Shown here: piece by piece, positions 1-10,852 of the stretch
How the letters are laid out: every line of letters starts with the position of its first letter
Position numbering within the stretch: position 1 is the first letter of the stretch
Assembly (NCBI RefSeq): GCF_009914755.1
Contig: NC_060925.1
Strand: one strand, 5' to 3'
DNA length: 64,000 nt
Source of the DNA: the human T2T-CHM13v2.0 reference genome, Homo sapiens
The notes under the pieces: generated by a model
Databases searched by the model: none
The model's input: the letters and a program-made list of their open reading frames with translations, nothing else
Told to the model about the DNA's origin: nothing
Translations under genes and position numbers: made by a program

Positions 1-415
1 AAAACTTGACCATGGAGAAACCTGACAAACCGCCCCCTCAGCCAGGTGATCAAGTTTGCCATCAATGGTGATAAGGCATGCTGACGATTATGCACCTTGA
101 CATGAGATGATGCTCTGAGAAATGATGCTTTCAGAATGGTACTTCTTCTCAAAAACCCATAATCTCCATCTAATAAATGAGAAATACATGTGACAAATTC
201 CAATAGAGGGTCATTCTACAAAATATCTGACCAGTACTCCTCAAAACTGTCAGGAACATTAAAAACAAACAAAGTCTGAGAAACTGTCAAGCCAAGAGGA
301 ACCTAAGAAGACATAACAACTAATGTAATATATCCTGGATGAGATTCGGGAACACAAAAAGGAAAAGACATTGAGTAAAAACAAGAGATATGAATGAAGT
401 ATGGACTTTAGTTTT
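1..415 (+). mobile_element. L1MC/L1MD-type LINE-1 3' region fragment
   Basis: Old L1M 3'UTR phrases (gagaaacctgacaaac...agccaggtgatcaag, ccagtactcctcaaaactgtca, gtctgagaaactgtca, atcctggatgagatt...gaaca, gtatggactttagtt). Runs off the window start. Confidence 0.75.
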
Positions 416-797
416 AAAAAAGAAACTATGTAAACTTACAAGTCTCCTGAATCCTTTGAAATGAGCCTAAGTGAACCAGGAGTAAAACAGGCTATTTTCA
501 TTAATTGATTTTCTTTTTTTCTAGCATAGGTTATTAGTTAACTCAGAATAAAATATTATCAATAACCGAAAGGCAGCATCTGAAGAAAGCATCGAAGTTG
601 TCAACACTATGTCCTCAAGGTGTTTTAAAAGTTTACTGACTTAAATAACAATGGTAATATTTATAAGTAATCTATTTGGAAGTGCAGGGGAAAAAAAAGC
701 TCAGGAATCTCAGCTGCCACCTAGGAATTGCTCTCCTTCTGTGGACCTCTTGCTAATAAGAACCCTTATGGAGAAATAACAATATTAAATATTGGCA

Positions 798-1015
798 GAC
801 TTTTATTAGGCACTTACTATGTACCAGGAAAAATTACAAGCCCTTGTACATATCAACTCACTTAAATCTCACATTATCATTATCATCATTATTATTTTTA
901 TTCCCATTTTACTAATGAGGAATTTGAGGCACTAAGAGGTTAAGTAACCTGCCCAGTAACCAAACTAGTAAGTGACAGAGCCAGATTGTGAGCTCAGGCA
1001 GTCTGGCTCCAGAGC
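798..1015 (-). mobile_element. MIR SINE
   Basis: Reverse MIR core: cccattttactaatgaggaatttgaggcac..aggttaagtaacctgccc..agtaagtgacagagcca..ggcagtctggctccagagc. Confidence 0.9.
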
Positions 1016-1199
1016 AGGTACATCAGTTTCCTAAATGGGCTCATCCCATCCCCTCCGCTTTCTCTTAAGGATTCCATCTGAGCTGGTGGATGTCTACCTG
1101 CCTCCTTTGTCCCATGCTGAATCCTCTCCTTGTCAGCCACCATCACTAACTTTGGGGAAACCTAACAGGATTTCTGAGTATGCAGATCTGTTGCTTGTC

Positions 1200-1445
1200 T
1201 GTAGCAAGTTGGTCATCCAAGAAACAGATTCTGAGATGGAGTTTAGCATGTGTGCTGTTTATGAAGGAGTGTGCAAGGGACCAATGCCTGTGGAAGGGAA
1301 AGGTGGAAAGCAGTGGTGCAGGGGAGAAGTCAATCAGTGATGCAGGCCCAAACAACAATCTCAGCCAACTCCAAAGGGGGCTCTGGGTCTGAAATGGCCC
1401 TTGGAGTTACCTCCAGATGGGACAAGATGGCCGGGCCTTCATAAA
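1200..1445. mobile_element. Old ERVL-class LTR fragment (LTR16-like)
   Basis: gaaacagattctgagatggagtttagcatg..tttat..gagtg..ggagaagtcaatcagtgatgca..ctcagccaactccaaagggggctctgg..atggccctt resembles ERVL LTR16-family consensus; subfamily uncertain. Confidence 0.55.
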
Positions 1446-4232
1446 CAGGATGATGAATTACCTGATCACGCTACCTAAGACCCACCACAATCAGCATAGA
1501 ACAAACTCTTCAGTTCCCTCAACAGCCATGCCTATATGCCTATTCTAAAGCATGTGTCATGGGCTCCCAGTGGATAATTTTGCTGAACTTCAGAAGGCCC
1601 ATTTGGAGTAAGTTATAATCACAGTGATTTCATCTGACAGGTATCTCCCTTTGTACCTAAGTATCAAGCATGGAATTTGAAATTCCACAGTTGGAATTAT
1701 TTTTTTCTATTTTAAAGTTTTTTTAATCATCAAAACATTTTACTAAATTGCAGATAACCGTCCTAAGAGGAAATTTAAACCATTTTCAGCTAATCTTAGG
1801 GGCCTTTAACGGATTGTAGCTGAGAGCAAAGAAGAGAACACTCTGAAAGAGAAATGGGGCACTAAAAGAAGTAAGAGTGTGCCAGAGATAAATACTATCT
1901 TCCTTCACAGCTCTGCTGACAGTCAGTTCTGCCCCTGGGTTCTCACAAAGAGGCTACTCTCTTCTCTTTTCAAATTTATCATTTTAGCACCCTCAGGCTT
2001 CTAGAAAACAACATAAAGACATTTCATAAAATGTCATATGATTCATAATTGCATTGTGATGCTTAAGATAAAATCTATTTCTCTGAAACTAATTTCTTCC
2101 CAATTGGACAATGTTTATTCCCACTTGGGTCTCCTTGATTTCTGTTGCATAATGCCAGGAGGAAAATGCCTAGAGATATCTTTGAGACAAACTTTAGTCC
2201 TAGTAGATCATGGGCTTCCACAAATATAACTGAAGATTTAATATGTACCCTTATATTTACAGATGTCAGTGCAAGTTGAAGAAGATGTGAAAATTACTAG
2301 AAACCAATTTACAGCAGCTGGAGCAAATTAGGGCTCATTGCAAACTTTAAAAAAAAAAAGGAAGTAATGAAACAACCAGCTCTAGGCAAACCATATGTGC
2401 CAGCCCAAATCTTTATTAATGGAAGTATAGCTACATATTAAAGGAAATTTAGTTCCTACAGCAAATCTCAATAGTGATATGCACAGATTGTAATTCTTTA
2501 TTCTCAAGGTATGTAATCAAAAATATGTACAGTGATCTAGAGGCAGTTTTTATGGTGGCCTTATACAGTACTCACATGTTTGAAAGACCTCCACATTCTT
2601 CATTACACTGCCCAAAAATTACTATATTTTTTAAAATTTGGGAAAAGTTTACATTTAATTTGCCTTGGAATTGGAAAATTTAATTACATACAAAGAACAT
2701 TCAAAGTAGTTGGCACATATATCTTGACTACGACCGAGATTTATAGCAATTACCAAAAAAGTACTAAAGCTTAAAATATTGGTAATAGGTCAAAAACCAC
2801 ATTCTTCTAATGTTAGTAATAACCTATATGGGTTTGCATGTATATGACAAGATGTTGGCTAGAGAATGTGGCATCTCTGAACAAAAATGAAGATCCAAAG
2901 GAATTTTCCTGTTCAGAAGGCACCAAAAAATGACCCTTCGAATGAGCAAATCGTGCACAAGCTGTATCTGTGCACAACAGTGGCACAAAAAGATTATACA
3001 GCATGTCATAAAAGTCAGCTTGACCCCATCAAGTTTCTGTGAGTTTCATTGTGACTCATAAGCCTTGCTCAACTCCCAGAACTGATCCACTCATTTCAGA
3101 CATTCTCCATCCCCAAATACTCACATTTTGCAGAGTTGGTCCAGTGTAAAATAAAAAGTCATGAAACTATCACTGTGGATTAGAATTGAGTCAAGCCCTA
3201 ACACATCTTGTCCTCATTAATACAATTTCCTTCTGATTCTCAACCCCATGCACATGCCTAATTTTCTCTGGTTAAATGTTTTAGCTCTCTAGTTGGCTGT
3301 TCTATATGCAAAAATAAAGACAAATTGATAAATGTCTTTTAAACTTATCCTGCCATTGATTCTACTTACATTTAAAACATTTTATTATCTACAGTTTACT
3401 ATTATCATATATAAAAATACCATTAAAATAATATTGAAAATAAGTATACATATTATACAATTATCCCTGTTGTTATGAGCTACTATTCTGAGCCTGAGTA
3501 AAAATTACATTGTAATTCTTATAATAATACCTGATATTAGTAATAATAGTTCTATGCTTTTTTAAATCTACCATAGTTGAAGTGTACCTGTTGATATTCT
3601 TTATTATTACCTGTGATTTAGGGTGAAACATAATCAGAGTTTCCTCTATGATTTGCTTTCTAAAGAGGAATCAGCTGGCCTTTGATTCCTCTGACTGCTG
3701 GTGATCAAGGTTGCTCTTAAACACTTGAAGATACTGGCACAAAATCCACCAATCACCAATCATCCATATACGTGTCTCTCTGGAACACTCCATTACCAAG
3801 GCAATAAAAAATGATGGTGCTTTTGAGTACAGCATCAGTATTTATATACTGTAGATAGTTTTACAGTTGAACATGTTATTATGTTTATGCTTAGCAGTTA
3901 TAGCAATGTTCCCTGTTTAGTGATGACATACTATGGGAGAGTGCTCTTATGGTAAACTGACTAGAAATAATTCACACACTATCATCACCATGAGATGGAC
4001 AGCCTGACACTAAAAATCCTATTAGCTACAACATTAAATTATCCTTTGTAAATTTCTTACTTCAAGATTAAGATACTCCAAGGTCAACTAATTCAAAGAT
4101 TAGACTGGCTCACAATTATGCTACTCTTTTTTCCTATTTAAAACGTTGAATCTCCATGTGTGGTTTTAATTATTTTGCATTATTAAATGCTCAACATGTA
4201 CTGTATATAAATTCTGACTGCTGCAGAAGTTT

Positions 4233-4332
4233 CTACTAAGGAAATTATATGACTAGGTGATTATGTGGTCAGTACACTGATCTCATGGTATACTGACCAC
4301 ATAATCACCTAGTCATATAATTTCATTAGTAG
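4233..4332. repeat. Near-perfect inverted repeat (42-bp arms, 1 mismatch, 16-nt spacer)
   Basis: Left arm 4233-4274 ctactaaggaaattatatgactaggtgattatgtggtcagta; right arm 4291-4332 tactgaccacataatcacctagtcatataatttcattagtag. Confidence 0.97.
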
Positions 4333-4894
4333 GTCCCTTGCAAAGTTCTCTCAATTTCTGCATTTCTCTCAGTGTGTGTGGTACAGAATTATTTCAACAC
4401 ATGGTATGCACCTATCAGAAGTTTCACTACTCTGTTTTATTAAAAGCATGGAGGGTGTGATTTCCAATCCTTTATAATTTCCGGATTTACTAATTAAATT
4501 GCCTCAATCGTGTCAAAGGCACTTTTTATCACGTAGAATATTAAAATCAGCCCTTTTTGGAGAACAAAGTCAATCAGAAAAACTCTAAAAGCATGAAAAA
4601 GTGTTTCCTGTGTTCAGATGACTTAAAAGGAGCTCAAAGGAAATTCACCAAATTTAAATAAAAATTCATTATCCTAAAGAAAATAAGCCTGCAAATTAAA
4701 GCCAAAGCAGCCAGCACCCTGAAAAGAAGCCTATGGTAAAAGACAGCCCTCCCTACAAGGAACACACTCTTCTACTGTTCTTATTCTCTTTTTGCATGCC
4801 CCTAAATCTATATATATGCAGAGTAAGTTATTTATCTGATACGATCAGCAAGTGAGATGCCTTGATTGATGTGTTTGACCAGGAAGACAGGAAT

Positions 4895-5340
4895 TAAACA
4901 TTTTTAAGCACTTGTTTGTGGCAAGCATGGTCCACTGTATTTCATATCATTTAGTCCTCACAAGCCTGGTCCACTGTATTTCACATCATTCAGTCCTCAC
5001 AAGCCTGGTCCACTGTATTTCACATCATTCAGTTCTCACAAGCCTGGTGCACTGTATTTCATATCATTCAGTCCTCACAAGCCTGGTCCACTATATTTCA
5101 TATCATTGAGTCCTCACAAGCATGGTCCACTGTATTTCATATCATTCAGTCCTCAAAAGCCTGGTCCACTGTATTTCATATCATTCAGTCCTCACAATAT
5201 CCTGCAAGGTAGGTACTGTTATACCCACTTCTCAGATGCAAAGACTGATTGGAGTGACGTTACATAACTTTTCTGAAGTTACTTGGCTAGCCGATAAAAA
5301 GCTGTGATTTAAATCAAATTAATTCCAAAGCTCCTATTTT
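4895..5340 (-). mobile_element. MIR SINE hosting the 39-bp minisatellite
   Basis: After the array: ctcacaatatcctgcaaggtaggtactgttatacccacttctcagatgcaaagactga..gttacataacttttctgaagttacttggctag, which is the reverse MIR core. Confidence 0.8.
4922..5194. repeat. Minisatellite, 7 x 39 bp, inside a MIR
   Basis: Unit caagcctggtccactgtatttcatatcattcagtcctca repeated head-to-tail 7 times with 1-2 substitutions per copy and no spacers. Confidence 0.97.
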
Positions 5341-6389
5341 TAATTCACCATGCTGAATATATATATCACAATATATACAAATTACTAGTTTCTGGAGAAT
5401 TTGAATATGACACAAATAAATTTGGAACATGAGAAACATAATTTATTCTCTTTGAAGATTCAGAAAACATTTTTTGTCATGCCCTAGGGTCATCATTATA
5501 TACATTAATTATCCTTTCATTATCAACATATCAGAAGTGCCTATTATCAGAGACTTATGATTAATGTAATAACAAAGAATATATCTGTACATGTACATTC
5601 TATCTAAAGGAACACGACAAATTTCAGACTTCCTTGACATCTAAGCAACCATTTCATGATTGAACATTAAAGCGTGATTTTTTATTAAGCATGATTTTAC
5701 AGGGCTGTTTGCACATTGCCCTTCCATGAAGCCTTTAGAACAGAACTTATTCAGTGCATAAGAGCGTGACATGCTCATCTTCATACTTACCCTTTACACT
5801 CCAGGGCACACTGGGTCCAAGTCTAACATCCAAATCCCCAAAGAGCTACTACTTTTAATTACTAATTAGGGATGACCTGGAGTAACCCCTACCACCCGCC
5901 AAAGGAAGAGATGGTTTCATTTGTTTTTCCAAATTTTCAAACCAAAGATAACCCTAAACAAAGTCACTTACATCACATTACCACTATAGGACCAAACACT
6001 GTTTAGCTCCTCTAGGCAGAATTTGGATTTTTAAAGAAATTTTTAATGACTAAATGTTTTCCTGGCTCAAAACATAGATTATCTAATGGTAACTTTTCTA
6101 TCCTGGACTATGAATTAAGGAGAGATATAGAAGACAATGAGGTGCCCCCTTAGCAACTCATAGCCATCCTAGCTGCTTACTTTACTAGGCTGACCATGAT
6201 TTTCCCCACCCTAAAAGTGAATCTCAGTGGACACTCTCATCCTATGCCAAATACAAAATTGTAATCATTTCTCTGTTTCAGTCTTTGTATTTCTGCATTG
6301 CTATGGAGTGTTAGAATGGGCAAGCTGAAGAAAGGTAAAAATAAATATGTGTGTGTGTGTGTAATCTATGCATATCCAAAGTTTAAATG

Positions 6390-9160
6390 AATCTAGATCT
6401 ATTGATGTTTTCTCCATAAGTTCCATTTTAAATGATACAGATACATGCCATAGATAGAAAATCTTCTTCAGATGGCTTAGCTAAGAATATGATGAATAAA
6501 CCCTTTCTGATTTATAGGAACTTCCTGAAAGATCTCCTGTTTGTTATGTTGCAAAAACTAGGAAATATGCAGCTGTTAATATCAGAGAAGGAGATAGTCT
6601 GGGAAAAATCACATGATCAGATTTATTAGTGGTCTAGGAGGTGCAGAGAAAGCAAACAAAATTTAGGTTTTGCATATAACATGAAGCTTAGGATATATTT
6701 CAAACTTTCAAGGGCTAGTGATATTTGGGAAAGAAGTGTACAAATTTAGAAAAACAAAAATGGTATATAAGTTTGCTAGAGTTGCCATAACACAGTGCCA
6801 CAGACTGGGTGGTTTAAACAACAGAAATTTATTTTCTTATAATTCTGGAAGCTAAAAATCTGAGATCAAGGTGTCAGTAGAGTTGGTTTCTTCTGGGGCT
6901 CTTCTTGGCTTGCAGATGGCTGCCTTCTCCCTGAGTCTTCACATGGTCTTCCCTCTGTACATGTCTGTGTCTAAATTTCCTCTTCTTCAAAGGACACCAG
7001 TCATACTGGATTAGAGCCAACCCTAATGACCTCACTTTAACTCAGTTACCTCTTCCTATCTCCATATAGTCACATTCTGAGATACTGAGGGTTAGGATTT
7101 CAACAAAGAAGTTTTAAAATAAACTCAGTCCATAACAGAAGGAGGTAGCAAAAGACTGTCTGTGCCCTCAGATGGTTTCTGTTGTGAATGATGCAGTTTG
7201 AAGACCCATTGTGGAAGGTAAAATCAAGGCATGAGGTATAGATACCAAAGATGTTGCCATAGTCGCATGGACAAAGACAATATTAAAAGTAGCCTGAGTA
7301 GATGGGGCAATCATTTCATCACAAAAGCTTTTAGTAGTAATTACAAGCATTGATATCAATTTTATACATATTTAGAGAAAAGAAAACACACATAATCTAT
7401 TCAAAATTTGATTCTTATGTTCAAGTATAATTACAGATACTTTCATCCATCCATTTTATTCTATGTTTATTATGAATAGTAAAGCCTACTACATGCCATG
7501 CTGTTACCAAAGCCCACATAATAGCCAGTGTTTTGTTTTCTGGTGAATAATAACTATCAAAAGTCAGCCCTTTGGCAAGTCAGTTAAACTAGATTGCCTT
7601 TTAATTGTTGGGTTATTTCTTCTAGTTTCTAGAAAGATTGGGAAACATAAATTGTAGTGAGTTTTCAAATGTAACATATGTAGGAAACAATTACACATAA
7701 ATATGTATACCATCACCCTTTGTAGTCAAAAGTACCATGTCTGGAGTGAACATTTCTCAGGTGCTTTCATGTGTTTGGAATAGTAATTATTAATGGGTGT
7801 CATTTTTTCAGTGACAATATTTGGGTTAGCAACAGTTACCATTGAGATCTGAAGGCCTGGCTGGTGCCATGAAATTTACATTCAGATTGTGCCACTTAAC
7901 GACTCCAAGGATTCATATCTGACTTTTCCCTTAGCTCCAGATTTGAATAGCATTTCTAAGGAAAATAACAAAAAGATGTCTATAGATTAGGCATTTCTCC
8001 TTTATCCTTCCTCCAAAAAGAAGTGATAAACAGACAGTCATGACTCAGTGAGGTCCTTCCAGGCTACTAATTGGTTGCCGGCAATTCTGTGTCCTAAGTT
8101 TTCAGGTAGTTAAATCCAATTTTCAAAATGTCATCTTCAAACACCAAAGCTTGGTAGGGAAATTGCAAAACCCACAAAGGGAGAAATCACTATAATACAG
8201 GTTGTCTCTGTTCATTCTTAATGGACTCCTATTACTCAAATAGACCATGTGACTTGGAAAGTCTTTGTCTGCATGAAATTGCAGAGTGGTTTGAATATAG
8301 CACAGATGCCATGGAAAGCAAAAATGGACATTTTTTCAAATTGAAAACATGTAATGGTTGCCAGTACAGAGATAAAAACTTGGCTGATGAAGTATCCCAA
8401 ATTGACTTGTAAACTCCAGAAAACAAACAACTTTTCATTATACAACTCATTTCTCATCTCCAAGCTTTGGCAGGGAGCATTCTTACTTTGGAGAGCTGGT
8501 CTGATGAAGAATGCTTTTACTGCTCCATTTCATGAAAACCATTGTTTGTGTCTCTGAGTTCAATAAAAAGTCAAAATTAGCAAGAGAGCAGGAAGAGTTA
8601 ACATGCAAGAAGGTTCCAAAGATCCTCTAGAGATTATTAATCAGTCAGAAGACAGCATTGCCTGTTTTTCATAAAATCTTTTTCTTATAAGTGAAGCAAG
8701 CCTGGCATTGCCAACAAATGTCAATGCCATACAGAGAGAGTAGATAAATTTAGAGTGAATGATTTTCCAGTTAAATAGGGACCAACGGTGAGTTTATAAT
8801 AAAACAATTTGCACACAGTTTGGAATATGACAATGGTAATTGTTCTTATGTTGAAAACAAATCTTTTATGATGTGTGCTGTGGCAAAGCAGGGCATGACC
8901 TACCTAATATAGCCCTTCCCGCATCTACACAGTACCAGGAAGACCATTCTATATTTGTAATGCTTGCCCAGCTTACCTAAGAGAGTGGCACATTTAAAGG
9001 CATGATTATACACAGGAGTTTTGAAACCCTTATTTTGAGCTGGAAATACAGCGTTCAATACCAGACATTTGAAAGCAGTGAAAGAATGGAATGTCCTTTT
9101 ATCTTCAGCTGGTGGTTGATGTTTCTGTTATCTGGAACTTCTGAAGCTGTTTTAATCATG
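6390..9160 (+). mobile_element. Degenerate autonomous Helitron-like (Helentron/Helitron2-type) RepHel coding fossil, split by MLT1B
   Basis: Collinear frameshifted motifs: NLDLL/CFLHKF (~6390-6425), YISNFQG../W (~6693-6730), KRLSVPS/WFL/VND (~7150-7195), H-x-H with 1-nt deletion (7492-7499), IWVSNSYH*DLKAW/IYIQIV (7819-7891), YYSNRPCDLESLCLHEIAEWF (8230-8292), LYNSFLISKLW (~8438-8470), MIFQLNRDQR (8759-8788), KSFMMCAVAKQGMTYLI (~8859-8909), GMIIHR (8999-9016), LQLVVDVS (9103-9126). Confidence 0.8.
6763..7137 (-). mobile_element. MLT1B-like MaLR solo LTR
   Basis: agtttgctagagttgccataacacagtgccacagactgggtggtttaaacaacagaaatttatt...ggacaccagtcatactggattagagcc...gtcacattctgagatactgagggttagg...cagtccataaca; near full length. 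Confidence 0.9.
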
Positions 9161-9164
9161 CTAG

Positions 9165-9340
9165 AGCACTGACTTTCAACCTGGCTCCACAGTGGAACCA
9201 CCTGGGGAGCTTTAATAAACTGATATCTGGGACCTACCCCCAGAGATTCTGATTTAAGCGATCTGGGGTGTGGCCAGGCACTGGGATTTTTAAAAGCTCC
9301 CCAGGTGATTCTAAAGAGCAGACAAGGTTCAGAAAGACTG
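9165..9340. mobile_element. MER5A (hAT-Charlie MITE)
   Basis: aaccacctggggagcttt..cccagagattctgatttaagcgatctggggtgtggccaggcactgggatttttaaaagctccccaggtgattctaa; internal palindromy typical of MER5A. Confidence 0.9.
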
Positions 9341-9522
9341 TTTTTTCAAAAAGAAGAAAACTATTAGATGACACTTTGTCATTTATAGCTACAAAAGTTA
9401 AATCTACCTAAATAGTTCATATCTCATTTTTACTAGCATCACAACAATCAACCAAATCATCACATAAAATGTGGAATAATAGAATATTTTAATTATAAGG
9501 GACCCAAGAGATCATTTTAGTC

Positions 9523-9672
9523 CAGGGATTCTCAACCAGGGGTCTCTGGGCTCCTCAAAGTCCCTTAGGTAGTGTGTGAACCCCCTGAAATTGCAAGTAT
9601 GTGCATTTTTCTGAGAATAGATTCCAGCACTTTCTAAAAGGAGGGCCTGGCCCCAAAAAGGTCAAAAAACAC
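9523..9672. mobile_element. MER103C-like hAT element nested in a MIR-family fragment
   Basis: cagggattctcaacc..gtgaaccccctgaaattgca..gtgcatttttctgaga..ccccaaaaaggtcaaaaaacact, flanked by MIR-like agagatcattttagtc / ctcaatttgcagacaaagaaa. Confidence 0.7.
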
Positions 9673-10852
9673 TTACATGGTCTAAGTTCCTCAATTTGCA
9701 GACAAAGAAATGAAAGACCAACATGAAAACAGAAAATAATATATTTCTCACCACCCCCTCCAGGACATCTAATGCCCAAGCCCATTACAGCCGGTATGCT
9801 TTTATACAAAACTGATTAAAATTCCCCCAACAAAAATGAAGCCCAAATAGACTGATGTTTTGACTAGATCAAGATTTTGACCAGATAAGTGAAGTTTTCA
9901 GAACTGCAGAAATAGTAAGAGTTTTGAAGAAGACTTCCCTAGACTTCCCTGAGAAGAGTTCCACAGAATGAACTTCCTAAGAACTTTCCCCGCAAAACTT
10001 ACTTATCAGATTAAATATAAAGTCAGGAAATGAGCAAATATTAGCCAAGCCCAAGCAGAGATTATCCAGTGTTCCCAAGGTAGTGCTAGAACCTCAATTC
10101 GATTTCTTCAAAGTTTGTATCATGTTTAATTTATATTGTCCCATTACTAGTTGTTATCACCAACCTTAAGAATTACTCTAATATCTTATTTCTCTTCTGA
10201 TTTTGGCCTATGATAGCAAAATTTCATAGGAGTTCCTCTGGCAAAGTGTAAACAAATACAACAGGATAATCAGGTGTAAGTTAGTAAATTCGGAAAGCTG
10301 GAGTCAAGCCTGTGTCCAGTCGATTCCCATAGAAATTATGATATAGTTTTGACTATGATAGAGTAAAATTAGTATGGATTTTAGGAATCAAACTAATTAA
10401 TTTGCTTTTGTAAAATAGGATTAATTACACCTCCCTCATAGGTTGATGTGTTCATATAAATACCTAATATACCTAATGTAGAGACTTGAAAATAATATTA
10501 AATATAATACTAAAATGTGATTGACCTCTTACTGTCTTCTAAGGTTTGTGTTCTTTCTCCTAGATCAAGTAACTTTTCATAACTTTTCTATTCCTCTTTC
10601 TCACCTGAGCACCGCTAAGCAAAGATGAGCATTAAAAAAAAATTCTAAATCATGGCAGGCTCTCTTAAATGGTCTTTGAGTTCTTAATTGTTTTTCAGAT
10701 AGATTTTACATTTATTCACTGAAGCTTTTAAAGTCTGGAGCAGAAAACATTACATTAATGAATAAAAGATGTAGAATAATTTTCTTCCCATGTGCTTTGA
10801 ATTCTTACCCCAATTACAATACTAGGCCAAAAATTAATATCATGAATTGAAA

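Noticed and set aside
4922-5194. CRISPR-like array and repetitive ORFs (4912-5109, 5122-5307)
   Set aside because: Units are head-to-tail with no unique spacers, there are no cas genes and the context is eukaryotic; the ORFs arise because 39 is a multiple of 3.
8221-8412. Functional 63-aa CDS or domesticated Helitron gene
   Set aside because: It is an internal fragment of a frameshifted, stop-ridden fossil with degenerate Walker A/B motifs and no clear splice signals.
9341-10400. Continuation of the Helitron helicase (GDxxQLxPV, MRQ, HKxQG, YVALSR) and element termini
   Set aside because: No convincing motifs seen by eye after MER5A. KQGMT at ~8886 superficially resembles the late HKxQG motif, but its position fits a degenerate Walker A. 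No 5' or 3' terminus was identified.
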